Positions 1-13,922 of a stretch of DNA of 64,000 bases are shown piece by piece. The position numbers and the translations under genes were made by a program. The notes beneath the pieces are model-generated. The model did no database searches. It worked only from the letters and a program-made list of their open reading frames with translations, and was not told the DNA's origin. Location of the stretch: assembly GCA_051362555.1 (NCBI GenBank), contig CM120643.1:26168848-26232847 (forward strand), written 5' to 3'. The stretch is from Lingula anatina (taxonomy: Eukaryota; Animalia; Brachiopoda). Numbering within the stretch: the stretch's first letter is position 1; every line of letters begins with the position of its first letter.

Positions 1-2071
1 GGTCCGAGGCATACGACACATTGGTATGTTGTGTATGCAGCTTTATCTACTCTTACAACGCTATAGAAACACGGCGTAAAAAGGCGAACAAAGCATTACC
101 GGCTGATATTCACTGCTGTATTTTTGTATCAGTTCGAATGTTGATATTACAGACATAGCCGAATGAATAGGGACTATTTTGTCGTGCAATTAGAACGCCT
201 TTCATTGACTGGCTATGTTTAGGTAAACCTTGCTCGCCTTACTTAACTACAGTAATAGAGTAAATAGAAAAACACGTTGAACCATCGAAGAATTCGAGCT
301 GAAAAACCTCGCGCTATTTTCCCACAAACATCGGCGAAAAGAAAACAAACCCTTGATTACTTTAATTCAGCCCGCTGATATACTTTCTTCTCTAATATGT
401 TTGCGTTATAGAGGGAAATATTTTTCGAAAATATTGTCAAGTTCATGAAATTAACCCCTATTTCTGCAGCGGGTATTGTTAACGTTTCAAGCAAGGTGTG
501 TTAACAGTCAAGTGTTCCCCTGCAAGGGGGCAAGCACGGGCTACTTTTTATTTTTTCTTTCTTAAAACCTTTACACAAGACACAATGATTCAAACCAAGA
601 CGTGAGTAAAACTGAAAGAAAATCGATTTTGCTCAAAAATATGACGGGGCACGGAGTCAGTGAGAACAAAATGATTGCTGGTTAATTACTTCGTTTTATT
701 GACATAATAAAATCACTCCCTATTGTGATATTGTACAGGAAAGAGACGCACTAACAGGTGTGTAGAAGCGCAGCTGTTAAAATTCTTAATCCGCAAAACA
801 GACGAAGAAATGGCAGTGGACATGCTTAAAATAATTGTAGAATTAAGATTAAAACTTAATTTTAAATAATAAATTAACTATTAGTTTAATTAGATCTGTG
901 AATAATTCTCTAACTAGTGAAATTTTTTAAGAATTAGAAAACTGTGTATGTCCACTTTTGGCAAGTTGAAAATTGGATTTCTTTTAAAGAAAGAAGCCAG
1001 CGGTTACTTATAATCATTTGATAATGAACTGTTAAAAATTTCAATTAAGTTTAAATCACTTAATTATTCAGTTGACACACCAGTTGATTCAAAGGAAAGT
1101 TTGTAGTTCCATATTTTCCTCTCAGCAAATAAAATAATTCAAATTGGCGTCTTAAATCGTCTGAACTTCAGCAGTCATTCCAAATAAAATACTTGAGTCT
1201 ATAACATGTACATGTAGTAAACGCCTTCAAGAAGATTAACAAAACAATCGCCCTTTATATAAAAACCTTTATGTCATAGTGTTATGGTCTGAATAATACC
1301 CTCCATCGAATCCGATCTCCTTAAGTACAAACCCAAAAAGTAGTTTCCTATCAATTAAATAAGATGTTTATTTCGAAAGGAAGTCCTGTGGTGGTTTCCA
1401 AATATAGGCGAGATTTAATCGGAGCACCAAACATCGTTTGCTCAAAGTTCTACGGGAGTCACGACACTGCAGGCCCTATGAACAGACAATTGACAAACAT
1501 CTGGAAGTAAACAGCCGCCTAAAGCAAGTAGACTTTTTTCGATTAACAAGATGGTCTTCCATTCAGTGGACGCCGTAGTCAAAATAAAGGGGAGAAAAAG
1601 TCCGGCGCATTGGTCAATATGTAACTTCCGAGAAGATAGAAAAAGAGAACTGCTGTCCGCGCGAAATGCCCAACAACGGTCATCTTTGATTAATTTATGG
1701 ATTTTATGATAAAAGACTATTCTTTTTTAGTGAATACCTCACGTACTATGCTTTCAATAGATTTAAATGACTCACTAAATCGAAAAGAGACAAAGCATTC
1801 AAATAAAGACATAATATTTACGGACAAATATAAAATGGTTAAGTAGGCACGGTCAGTCAAATATGGCGGTTAGAAAAATGTGTGAGGCAGGGAAATATAT
1901 TTTGACTACACGATATATATTCTACTTTAACGTCTTTCACAAATGTTAGTAGCAGCTGGTTTGTCTATTAATCTTTTTTCATTATTATTGTTAATTATTA
2001 TTTTTGCAGGGGTTAGAGCTAATGATATCAAGGCACTAGGAGCCATATAAAAGAAAAATTTGATAAAATTT

Positions 2072-2167
2072 TACTACTACTATTACTACATGTATTACAT
2101 GTACTACTACTACTTCTACTACTACTACAACTACTACTACTACTACTATATAATAATAATATATAAC

Positions 2168-2206
<39 letters not shown>

Positions 2207-2230
2207 TAAAATCAATAATAATAATAATAA
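2072..2230. repeat. Compound (TAC)n/(TAA)n microsatellite
   Basis: Seen directly. Confidence 0.9.
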
Positions 2231-2388
2231 ATCGGATGGGAATTATGTGTCATTCTGGCTGGAAGAGACAAACATTTTATCTCTTTTCTACCATGTGATA
2301 AAGAAAATAGTATCAGCGCCGGCATGCTTTAAGGCAAACACAACTTCGATTTATCTAAATGTTCCTTAAAATTTTTCTTTCACATTTA

Positions 2389-2565
2389 CAGGCCATACCA
2401 TTGCCAGCATTTTCAAGGGGGACTTTTTCTTATAAAGTGGACCTCTTACCATGAAACATTCGTGTACCTACATCAAATTTTACTCATAACGGACCTTTTT
2501 CAGACAAAAAGAATCGAATCTTCGAATCTCCCCCCCCCCCCCCCCCCCCCCCGGCTACGGGTCTG
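2389..2565. mobile_element. Short MITE (CAGGCC...GGCTACGGGTCTG) flanked by TA
   Basis: Imperfect TIRs, a poly-C tract near the right end, TA on both flanks, and a sibling at 13923-14095. Confidence 0.5.
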
Positions 2566-4449
2566 TAGTCAATGCTCTCTAAAAATTTTTTTTAAAAGCT
2601 TTGATTTTGTAATTGCACTAAGTGAACTTTTTTTTAAGTGTTTGTAGTAGTTATATACATGTACAGTGTAAATGATAAAAGGGACAAACTAAATCGATAA
2701 GACTCTTTGTAATAAGCTACAGGGTCGGTAGGCAAAATTTATCTTTATTTTTGTTTTTTAACATATGATGTTTAACGGGCATACAAGTGGCAGCTTAATT
2801 TTAGACACGATCATTTTTAATCATCATCATTATTAGGAGTAGGAAATGTCAGATACACAGCTGAGCGATTTTTGAACATGAAACTTTCAGATTCAAGGTG
2901 TTTCCTGGGTTTAATTGCGAAATCCCCCCGCTTTTTATTCCAATGTCCAGTAAACTTTTTTATTAAAAAAATACAGGTGTGAAAACTGTAATTTTTCTCA
3001 AAATAAGTATTGGTCATTCTCGTTAAACAACTTAACAATTTTGTCTGGCCTAAACGTTTCATTTTCTTAAAAAATTCAAAGTGTGTTTTGCAAATATTTT
3101 ACATCCATTCCTGTTTAATTTCCATTGACTTTTAGCGTCTGCAAAATTCAAACATGGCCGTTGTCTTCAAGAATAGTCTCTATTCGAAGCGTGAACGTAG
3201 TTTTTTCAGTTCACACAGTCAGAAATATGACACTTTGAAACGTTAAATAGTCCTCACGGCGAAACAAACGACTTTATAAGACAGTTCTTTAGACTGTGGT
3301 AAAAGTCTCCATTTCGCCTGGTTTCAAAATGATAAAAGCTGAAGTTTTGAAAACAAATTTGATCTCGGCCGTCAAAGAAGTTGATTAAATAATAAGAGCG
3401 GACGCATTGTGGACGCCAGCTCGAATGTCATTGCCGACACTTACGTTTAATGGAGGCTGGGCAAAGAGCCGCTCTAATACTGTATCGAAGTAATGTAGAT
3501 CATGGGATTTCTGGAAACAAAACACCGTGGTATATCAAAGCCCCGTTCCCCATCGTCATTCTCTGATCCGTATTCGTATGCAGAGGGCAAAACAGATTTG
3601 CTGTCACAGGCAGATTAAATTTACGTAACGGAGACGCTGTCTCATTGAAGGAGGGGACGCTGAAGATCACGGGCTTGGGTGAGACGGTACGAAGCTCGTG
3701 AGTAAGCCTGCGCGCCTAAACCCTCTTCACAATGAATGCCTCGTGTTGTTTCCAAACAAACCCTTTTGATACGTCCAAATTCGTGATCGGCTTTGGACGC
3801 TTGGGTTTTGACAGCGGAGAGAAAGGTTGCCACTAATGAAGGCGAGCCAAATGAAGTTGACAGTTGCGTAATAATGTTCATTTACACGAACTGAAAGGCT
3901 GCTTTGACACGTACTTGTGAAAAGGAGAGAGAAGTTTACTCGTATGACCATATTTCCTCAGACTGAGATGACGTAATCCGAGTCACTGGCGTACTTAGTA
4001 CGTACATCAGAACTTATTTGATTTCTTGGGAATAACACGTTATTATAAGTCGCAAATATGATAATATATAAAAAAGATATAAATACGATAACCAAATGGG
4101 GATAATATGAGGCAACTGCAAGATTAAATATATATAAATTTATCTTTAATTAATATGGCATTTTTCTTCCTTCTATGACAAAATATATCAATACGCATTG
4201 AAATAAAACACTTTTCTTCAATATGATCACATTCATTTTTCCGTATTTAATTATATACGCGATTTCGATTTTAGTTTAACCAATTGTTTCAAAGTTCGAA
4301 TCTTGCGATATCCCATTTCATTTTTTTTCTCAACGAGCTCATTTCATTTCAAGTTTGAAAATTTTAAGAAAAGCAAGTTTACTTCTACTTGTCATCTTCG
4401 ATTATTTTACAGATGGTAGAAATTGTAATGCCAAGTAAAACAACTTCTT

Positions 4450-6069
4450 TTCCATTTATATATAAAATGATTTATTGTCAAATATACATATCAACATCGA
4501 TAAATGATGGAATTTATATTTTCAGGGAATGAAATTTCTTACAAAAATCAACATATTTACAAACAAGTCTTATTGGCAACGCTAGGGACAAGGATAGTCT
4601 GTATGAAAATTTATAAAATTGCAATTAAAAAAAGAACATAATATAACACATTATAGATAGTTGTAAACGTGCCTTTCACCACATAAATACCTAAGCCATC
4701 TAATGTATGCTGTATCACTGAGTAAACAATAATAAGGCTGATGATTAAAAAATTTGGCCCACCACCGCGACCAAAAGCCATAACTATGACAGTGAAAATA
4801 AAGACCAACGGTGTATTACGCATTGTATTCAGCGAAACGCAGTAGAATTGCTTACGGCATCTCTTGATTTTATAAAGAATTCGTCAGCCATGACTCTCTT
4901 ATTTTTCAATGCAGTAACATCAACACTTGAACTATTGAATTAATAAAACCTGACCAACAATAAAAACAAAAGCAAAAATACTAAAGATATGGCTATATTA
5001 AAGACTGGCATACCACATCCCTTGGGAAGTTTTCGTCCCACTTTCAATAGGTGATCTAAATTCCACACAATTAACTCACTGACAGGAAAATATTGACAGA
5101 GAAAGAGCGGATCCTACATCTGCGCGTGACGTCCTAACCGCACGTGCCTTCTCGCCGGATGAGGGAAGCACCTCATGCATTGTGCGCCCATCTTTGTCGA
5201 GGTGCCACCGTACCCATCACCCTCGCCACAATCATAACACCAAAATAACCCTCGGCGGTCTAGTACCGACCCGCAGCCCCTCCCAAACAGATAACAATTT
5301 ACAAACATAACACAAGGTGTTGAAACAAAACATCAAGAAACACTGGCAGTATTTATGAAGAGGCTCGAACCGCACCGACGAATAAACCTCCCCTTCGGAC
5401 TGACACCTAGATAAAGTGTGAGCCCCGCTACAAAGCCGTGGCCGAGATATTATTTGAAAACATCCTGAATTTGTTTAATACAATATTTTACGGCGGAAGC
5501 CACACAGAAGTTGAGTGGTTATGGAGCATCAGCTGAACTAACAATACGGTCACACAGATAGTAAAAATTGGTAATACATTGGCTTACAGCGGTGGCTCAT
5601 AATATTAAACAAAATGATTTTAAAAATAAAATATTTACAGAAAGCTTCACAACATTATGTTAACTATGATACGTGTCTTCAATATGGATTTATCTGTGTA
5701 CAACACTGATGCATATTGGTATTACATAGTACATATATACATTTATCGTTTTGATTAATAAAATTGATTGTCTATTTTTTGATATTATTGCTCAGAATCT
5801 CTCTCCCTATCTCTAAATTTAAATAAAAACTTACATCATAACAACTTAAAAACAGTAAATATACCCCTATGGCATGAACCTTAAAAAGATACCCATTTGC
5901 CGTTAACATAACAATATCATCTGATATTTCTATTAACACTATACAAATCAAAATATCGCTGTCACTATAGACGTCAAAATCAATATTGAGCAGATCAGCG
6001 AATTATTTCATAATCAACAAGTAATAAAATTAGTTCTACCAACTTCTGGGTTTTTTTTCACGGGGAATG
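4450..6069 (-). other. Probable ~1.6-kb FoxL1 3' UTR ending near an AATAAA at 4471-4476
   Basis: This is the first minus-strand AATAAA I found downstream of the stop (plus-strand TTTATT at 4471-4476). It is followed on the minus strand by a GT-rich tract (GTTGTTTTAC). Inference only. Confidence 0.4.
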
Positions 6070-7302
6070 TTACATTTTCTTCTCCTCTATACCAAGACCC
6101 TGTATCCCCCAGGGTCGGGCCGCCGTCCCGTGGGGATAGGCGACCTGAATGGGCGGTATGTAATTCGGCGGGAAGGAGGGTAACCGCGTAGGGAGACTCA
6201 GGTAAGGCTGCATCCCCTGTGCACCTGAAAACCCTGCTGCCATGGGGTACCCTGCGAACCCCGCCTGGAGAGCTGCAAAGGAGGCACCGGCAGGCAGCGA
6301 TGACACCGGTGGACGGGCAAGGAGCGCGGCGTACGGGTTATAAGCCACTGGGAACGCAGGATACTGCTTCTGAAGGTCTGAGATTTTGGGAGGAGGACTA
6401 GGAATTTTATCGAAAATGTCAGGTTTTTTCTTCTCGTCGCCGTCTGCGTTTTCAATTTCCGAAGTTGTTTTTGGTTCATTGTCAAGTTCGTGTCTTTCAC
6501 CTATAATACTGTCAATTGAAAATGTTGATTTCTTACAATTTGCAGACGGAATTTCGGAATGCGAGGGTCCAGCCTCTTTATCGTCTGCGTTAGTGTCGTC
6601 TGCTTCTGTTCTGTCAATTTCACAATGATTATTGTTCTTTTCTTCCGTTTTAAAACCGCAGTCTTCGCCTTCGGAAAAATCGTCTGCCGGGCGTTTTTCA
6701 AATTCGTGCGGACTTCCATTTTCATCATCGCTTTCCATGTCTTCCCCCATCACATCTCGATGACCGTCCATGTCTTCAAGCCCATCAGAACCTTTCAACT
6801 TGTCTTCTGCTTTGTAGGGTGCGGCCTTGTTGCGACGCTTGCGACGCCTGTAGTTGCCATTTTCGAACATTTCCTCACAATTCGGATCCAAAGTCCAATA
6901 ATTTCCCTTTCCGGGTTTCCCTTTCTCTCGCGCCACTTTCATAAAGCAGTCATTAAGGCTGAGATTGTGGCGAATTGAGTTCTGCCAACCTTGCTTGTTC
7001 TCGTGGTAATACGGGAACCGGTCCATGATGAACTGATAAATGCCGTTCAGAGTAACTTTTCTGTCGGGAGCACTCTTTATCGCCATGGCTATGAGGGCAA
7101 TATACGAGTACGGCGGCTTCTGTGGCTGCTCCCGTCTCTCCAAGTCAGCCAGCATGGAGAGGTAGCGGTTATAGTCTTGGCTGTACAGGTAGCCCGGGTA
7201 GGCGGCGGCCGCAGCGGCGGCGTAACGTGGGTCGGTATAACGGGCGTACATGCTCGCCAGAGCGCTGGGAAACGGTCCTCCTGACATATCAACAACTGAC
7301 AT
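6070..7302 (-). CDS. FoxL1: Forkhead box transcription factor, FoxL1 class, single coding exon, 410 aa
   Basis: Forkhead domain at ~6832-7122 ([15 protein letters not shown]...[38 protein letters not shown]...[16 protein letters not shown]...[13 protein letters not shown]) carries FoxL1-type residues ([31 protein letters not shown]). An eh1-type motif FSIDSII sits at 6502-6522. The ORF is uninterrupted. Confidence 0.93.
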   Translation of the reverse strand: MSVVDMSGGPFPSALASMYARYTDPRYAAAAAAAYPGYLYSQDYNRYLSMLADLERREQPQKPPYSYIALIAMAIKSAPDRKVTLNGIYQFIMDRFPYYHENKQGWQNSIRHNLSLNDCFMKVAREKGKPGKGNYWTLDPNCEEMFENGNYRRRKRRNKAAPYKAEDKLKGSDGLEDMDGHRDVMGEDMESDDENGSPHEFEKRPADDFSEGEDCGFKTEEKNNNHCEIDRTEADDTNADDKEAGPSHSEIPSANCKKSTFSIDSIIGERHELDNEPKTTSEIENADGDEKKKPDIFDKIPSPPPKISDLQKQYPAFPVAYNPYAALLARPPVSSLPAGASFAALQAGFAGYPMAAGFSGAQGMQPYLSLPTRLPSFPPNYIPPIQVAYPHGTAARPWGIQGLGIEEKKM

Positions 7303-7529
7303 GGACAGGAAAAAAAATCACACAAATGTCTGTATTTTTCCCCGGTACTCGTCTTACGGTCTCGCTATATTTCTCTCTCGCTGATTTCTATGTTGTAACT
7401 GTTACTTATAAATCTCAGCAGCAGTTACTCTTAAAACTATCAGAGAGGGCAACGCGGTGCGAGACTTGGGGGCAGCGTTCGCTCTCACCGGATATCGTCT
7501 GCTAGGATTGTTCACCCCTCTTCAACACT

Positions 7530-7850
7530 CAGCGCTAAACTAATTGGCTACCGCGTGTGTGCTTACACTTATTATGAAGTGCCCTGTATATTCCATTGTT
7601 TGAACAATTTGTGTTGTTGTTTTCACTGCCAAAGCTGACTTACTGGTGATAAAATAAATGCTACAATAGACAAACACTTTAGTGGAGGACTCTTGTGTCT
7701 AATGGGCTCTCCGGTGTCAATCAAAGTCCCGTCGCTGGGCAACCAGCAACTCTCAACCAATCGGTGTCAATTTACTAACGCTTTCTGTTTATAAAACAAC
7801 ACCTTCAATTAGCCGGCCCACCCAGGACGGCTAAGTAATGTTTATTTTGA
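7530..7850 (-). promoter_or_regulatory. Putative FoxL1 proximal promoter
   Basis: Inr-like TTAGTT (7543-7538), AT-rich CATAATAA about 35 bp upstream, TGATTGACA (Pbx/Meis-like, 7715-7723), ATCAAAG (TCF-like, 7720-7726), CCAAT (~7757), Fox-like TGTTTAT (~7787, ~7839), Gli-like GCCCACCCA (7816-7824). Confidence 0.4.
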
Positions 7851-10156
7851 AAATGCACAAAAAAGATGAAATCGACCACTTTCTGTCTAAACAGAGATTT
7901 TCTAGAGGGAGACCCGTGCCCGCAGTGTTCCAGAATGGGGAGGAGATATGACTATTCAAAACTAACCGAGCGAACTAAGCATGTTTTGACACCAGCCAAA
8001 TTGATACCTTCGGACTGGGAGGCTCAGCCTGAAACTAGAACCTCCATAAAACTTCCCCGAAGTTTAATCTAAAAAGTCAAGAACGCTTTAAGTCGATATC
8101 GAACCCCTATTAACATAACTGCTATCAAAAGGAATTTGTTCAATGTGAAATAGAAGTTCTTTGCCGCGTTGAAAATAAATAAATCCAACGCCGCACCTCG
8201 TGTGCACAAGACGAGAGAGTAAATAAACTTAAAAGGATTTCACTTTTCGACTCGTAGCTGGATAAAAAGAATACAATTAAAATAACTTAGTCAAATATTC
8301 CTGGGCCCCCGTGTTATTCTATATTAGCAGTTCTTTGTGGAAGTCATAGAGTAGCAGCTGGGGAGGAGGGGGCGTACTCCGGGCGACTATAGAGAATCAG
8401 ACGGTGAGAGAATAAACCACAAACATTTCTGCGCGAGACCAGGTGTATTCACTTTCACGCACTCGCGAGACCCGGGCTTCCTAACGTGACTACTAATTGC
8501 TAATTACGGCTCTGTTTAACTATCGCCTTAGCATATACTTGTTGACTTTCAGCTGGGTACATGTAGGATATTTTCAGCTTTTCTGCTATTTGTTTCGTAT
8601 TTCCAATACTTCCACTTTCCGTTTTGTTCCTGATATTTTAGAACTGACACTATTATTTTGGTGACTACTTTGAAAAGAAACAGGGCTTGGGGCAAATTAA
8701 TAATGTGCATTTATTAATTATAATGTTTGAAAAATGTCCTCTATTGCAAATAAAACAAAATAAAATAAATAAAACAAAAAACTCTTCACAGCCACCCCGT
8801 ATGATGAACTCTTAAAGCAAATCATAAAAAGGAGAGAGAGGGAGAGAGTGCGAGAGATCGTTTGCCTTAATTTTACATCACTTAAACAATGTCCCTCTCA
8901 ATAAAACTCAAGTGTGCTCCATTTGTAAAAACGGCCACATTCAACACAGTGTGAAAAGTTTACAATACCAACAGATGATAAAACAAAAACGATCTGCGAA
9001 TTTCACGCTCGGAGCGCCTGTAAAACAATTGCGGGTAACCAGGCAGAGGAAACTAAACAGAAAATTAGGAATATTATTCTTCGGGCGTTGTACCGTGTAA
9101 TCCGAGAAAATTAACCGAACACAAACCGAAAACAGCTGGACAAAATAGAACTATACTCCTCTTCGATCGACTTGTGAGTTTACTAATTAGCGCAAATATA
9201 TCACCTCCGCTTCTGCCATTCAGCTATTTTTCACCTCTGTGTGAAAAACTAATGGTTTGTGATAATGCTGTAGAAAAATGTGTAAATATCTAACAGGTAA
9301 ACGAATGTGTGTGTAACAACACTAAAGGTTTGTGCTTGGTGCTTAATTTAGCACGAATTTTGAAATAACAAAACAATGCACTAAATTGCTCAATTGTTGG
9401 TTCCCATTAATTTCTCGTAATCCGTTTTCGTCTCATGGTATTTTGAATTGCGAATATTAAACTTCCTAACATTGTCGCTTCGAATGACACGAAGAATATA
9501 CAGACTTCGTAATATATTGCTGTGTTCATTTATATATTGTACATATACGTAATTAGATATGAAAATACTTTTACAGTTATAGTGCGTTTAATTTGTATTC
9601 TGTATTTACTAGATTCAGTACAAGAGTATCGAGCGTTCATAAGCAAAGGTTTTATATCATCGCAACAACTAAGATGAGAAATACATGATTTGTATTTTTT
9701 TTCTCTGAGAGTCAGAAAGTTACTGTATCTTAAATAAAGTGAATGTGGAAATAAATGATTATAAATGTTTATGATATCATCCTTTACATTGTGCTTACGT
9801 ATGTGCATGAACGTTGATAAGTAATTGGATTAATAATTATTTAATTACAAAAATTTATCTTTCACATTTTCAAATTTTTCATATTTTCAAATTTTAATGA
9901 ACATTTATTAGGTGCATCCCTGTGCCAATGTGTATTTACAGTAATCTAAACCCTCACTTATGATGTAATATTGTGATTTATTTTGCAAGAATCACTTATT
10001 CTAGCGCCTGTCAATGGAAACTTAAAAATGGGAAATGATACATTAAACTTGGCCTTTATTCTCTTGCTGTTCACTGTACATACAGCGTTCATTTTTTGTA
10101 GGGTATTTAGGTTAATATTTAATCAAAACATATTTTGTTTTAGGAGACATCTGTAG

Positions 10157-10246
<90 letters not shown>
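10157..10246. repeat. (AAT)n-(ATT)n head-to-head microsatellite forming a palindrome
   Basis: Symmetry axis at 10207/10208. Confidence 0.9.
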
Positions 10247-10247
<1 letters not shown>

Positions 10248-12833
10248 CAAGCATTTAACTACCTTTACTTTGGGTTATTCCAGGTTGACAAAACTACGCT
10301 TGCTCAAAAATCAATGAAAAGCTGTGAAAAATACATAATTTTACAATTACACGAAAAGCTTTTCTAAAATAAAAATTCACACTTTTCAATGTCAGTTCAG
10401 TTTATGATTAAGAGACTGGCAAAATTAAAAGACATGGGGTTGCAACAGTCGTTACATTTAACCTACATGTAATCTAGGCCGTTGCTTTTTGGGGAGTTTT
10501 AGAAAGAGAGAGAAAGAGGGGATATATATATATCCATTATACAATGTGACTCTTACGTGTCTGCAACCATTAAACTCTGAACAGATTTCCTTTCGAATTA
10601 ATATCAACATCTGAGAAGAAAAACACGTAGCATTCCTCAACGCAGATTCGTTCTATTTTTTTATCGCGTGGTTGAATCCTTAAAATTCGCTTCCAGCACG
10701 TAAGGCGATCTCGCACTTTCTCACCTAACCGTTCCATTAACCGCTTTGTTTATTATTACCGCAAATTAAGTGCACTTAATTTATTGTGTTTGACGCTCTA
10801 TGTACCGAAAAAGATACACTATCCGCCGAAGTTTGTTTTACCTTCGATAACTCGAAAATTTCAACAAATCCTCGCCCCCGGAATGTGATAGAGTCACGTA
10901 GCGTGCATTGGCGAGCGTTGCTTGTGGTGTCTAGCTCCGTGTACTCTAGTAGAGAAATATCGCGCTGAGGTATTGGGGTTACATGTATGACTCTCTTGCA
11001 GCGTGCATCACGGACAGGGGGTTTTGGGTAGGGGGGATCTGTGCGTGTGTGTATGTGTGTAGCACGATTGTGCTGAAAATATTAAATTGATGAAGGTCAT
11101 TTTATAAAGAATTGTTATATATTACCTGCCCTTGATGGATCTAGCATATCAATAAATATGCATCCTCCAAGTTTACATTGAGTTTTGGGGGCCACAGGAA
11201 ACAAACATCTATCTTATCAGCAAAACCGGGTTATATGGTACGTTGATAATTGAGAGGTAGCTTTCCAGTGCCGTCTGAACCCCCTCCACACCCCCGCCTC
11301 AACCTGAAATAATGTTGAAATAGAGCAATAAGAAGCTTTTTAATACTAAGATAATGAAACCTTTTATAGGACGCGGTGTCTTTTTTCTTCTCAGTAAGTA
11401 ACGAGAACTGATTCGTCAAGTAAAACGTTCATTCTAAGTTTCAAAGAATATTTAAACTCTGCACTCTAATTCATGCTCTCTTTTTCTTCCCGGCGGAAAG
11501 GGTCTCTTCTTCCAGACAATGAAGTCGTGAGTGCATAAATGTGAGCGAGTTGGTTTACGCAAACGTTCTGATCAAAGAAAATCTACCCGAACATAGACAT
11601 GTTGAGAGAGCGACAGCAGAATAACTGAATATTAACTATTGTTTTTAATGAAAATAATTTAACCGGCTATCTGAACCATTCAATTCATGGTTCAGTCGGT
11701 CAAATGGTTCAAAATAGTTTCTTCATTCAATAGCAACAATGATTTTCATTGTACTCCACTATAGTTGTGTCTGTCTGGTTACCTTCTACAGGGAATGACG
11801 CTACAGGTGTTGATATATCCTGTACCTGAAGGACCCCCTTCCCCTTCCCCTTCTCCCACCCCCAAGGTACGGTACGTCACCCTCCCTGAACTTTATTTGC
11901 CGTAGGATGGATGGACAGGAGTGTTATGACCCCCTTCTCCCAACACACATAACCACACACACCACCACCACCACTACCCTCTGATATCAATTAGAATACT
12001 GTACAAAATCACACTGTGGTGCTTTACGACACTTTTGTAACAGACTACTAGCGCACCTTGTGGCCAGAGACTACACCACCACCACCACCACTACCACCAT
12101 TACCACCGTCTCTTTAACTGCCAGCATCGTGGAAAACAGGAAATGAAATCGTTTAGGTTGAAGCTCCCAGCTGTTGTGTATGACTTATTTTACTTAGTGT
12201 CTTAGTAAAGAATAGTTCTACTTCATATGCCAAGTGTGAAATATTATGCACGTCTCAGATTTTGTAATGGGCAGGTAGGCCAATTATTAAGGGACTGGTC
12301 ATAAAGTACATTTTCAAAACAAACTCTGAGCAAATTTGCAATTGCTACAATTAATGGTGTCTCAGTGGATTTCATGATGGAAGTATATCTACCAAATCTG
12401 CTGCAGCTGATAGCTGCCCATTGCGTTAGAGAAGCTTAAAGGCACAATCATAATGCACGGCATAGGGCAGTTCGATGAGATACCGTTTAGTTCTCTCTTT
12501 GAGAAAAGTTTATTAATGTTTTTGTCTTATTAAAATCGAAGGGATAATAACTGTTCGTATGAGATTCATATTTAATGATAAATATTGTAAACAACTTACT
12601 GAAATCTCGTACCATTTGTTCTGATCTTGTTCTCGTTGCACACCGAGGGTCCACACTGAGACAGGCCTTCTAGCTTAGATTACTCATTAACCTACGTGAA
12701 AATAGTAGATATTACACCTTTACCGCATTCTGCAAAAATTGTCAACAAATAGATAAAAAATAATTGAGAAAATATCACCCCATCGTTATTTTCCCTGTGA
12801 TTGATTGGTTTCATTGATTTTATAATGATAAAA

Positions 12834-12869
<36 letters not shown>

Positions 12870-13045
12870 TGTCAGCGACAGTTACTCAACTTCCCTACTT
12901 AATGAACTCTGCCAATAGTGAACGCATTCAACACCGTACCTGAGCAGTTTTTGCGTCCAGCTGCTATATAAGCTGGACGTTTTCTACAGCGGTATGCAGT
13001 GCAGCATCGACACACTCCGACGACCACAGCTTGTAGCAACGACAA

Positions 13046-13395
13046 GCGGCTCGACAGCAGCGGTTCTCTCCAGCGCCTCGCACCGGCCCACGACTCCGCG
13101 GTCACCCCGGCGGCTCGACAGCAGCGGTTCTCTCCAGCGCCTCGCACCGGCCCACGACTCCGCGGTCACCCCGGCGGCTCGACAGCAGCGGTTCTCTCCA
13201 GCACCTCGCACCGGCCCACGACTCCACGGTCACCCCGGTGGCTCGACAGCGGTCTACTCCTGCTCCACTCATCGGCCCAAGACTCGACGGACACCCCGGC
13301 GGCTCGATATCGGTCTACTCGACTCCTGCGCCACTCATCTGCCCACGACCCAGCAGTCATCCCGGCGGCTTACGACAGTGGTATCTCTCGATAGC
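13046..13395. repeat. GC-rich minisatellite, 64-bp unit
   Basis: TCGA anchors at 13051, 13115, 13179, 13243 and 13304: three near-perfect units followed by degenerate ones. Confidence 0.9.
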
Positions 13396-13922
13396 AGTCC
13401 AACCGACAGCGATCCATTTCGATTTGGTTTAATTTTATTTTCATTCAATTTTTGTAACCATTTATTCGCTATTGAATTATTTATTTATTTATTTTCTTCG
13501 TTCTTGTTGCTTCTATCACCGTATCGTCATCAAAAATAATAATAACATTCAACGAGAGTGAGTTTAAACGGCGGAAAAGGGGTAGTCGGCGCGCACGTTG
13601 TGGTGTACTAAAGCAGCTTTCGTGTACTTAATACTGATATTGTCACCCTTCGCCCAAAACTCCTTACTTACTGCCTTACATACATTCTTTTGGGTAAAAG
13701 ATATATACTCTGTGTACAGTGACAAAATTAATTAACATTTACATAGTCAACTTAATGGTGACATCATAATTGAAAACTAAAAATCGGTTTCTCAAATTTC
13801 TAGAGATTTTTCTTGAACGCCTTAGTTCAGATCTTATCGTTGAATAAACTTTTGACTAGAATATACATATGTACACCTAGAATATACATATCTACACTTG
13901 ATAAATTGTTCAGAAATTAAGT

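Noticed and set aside
515-560. Hairpin CCCCTGCAAGGGG followed by a T-rich run (terminator-like or Helitron/Helentron end)
   Set aside because: Intrinsic terminators do not apply to this eukaryotic context, and I could not find the other end of an element.
6198-7505. Several ORFs overlapping FoxL1 on both strands
   Set aside because: Shadow frames of a GC-rich coding exon, with no recognisable motifs.
13046-13395. Regularly spaced repeats suggesting a CRISPR array, with overlapping 64-181 aa ORFs
   Set aside because: Whole units repeat with no unique spacers, the context is eukaryotic and there are no cas genes. The ORFs are by-products of a stop-poor GC-rich repeat whose 64-bp unit is not a multiple of 3.
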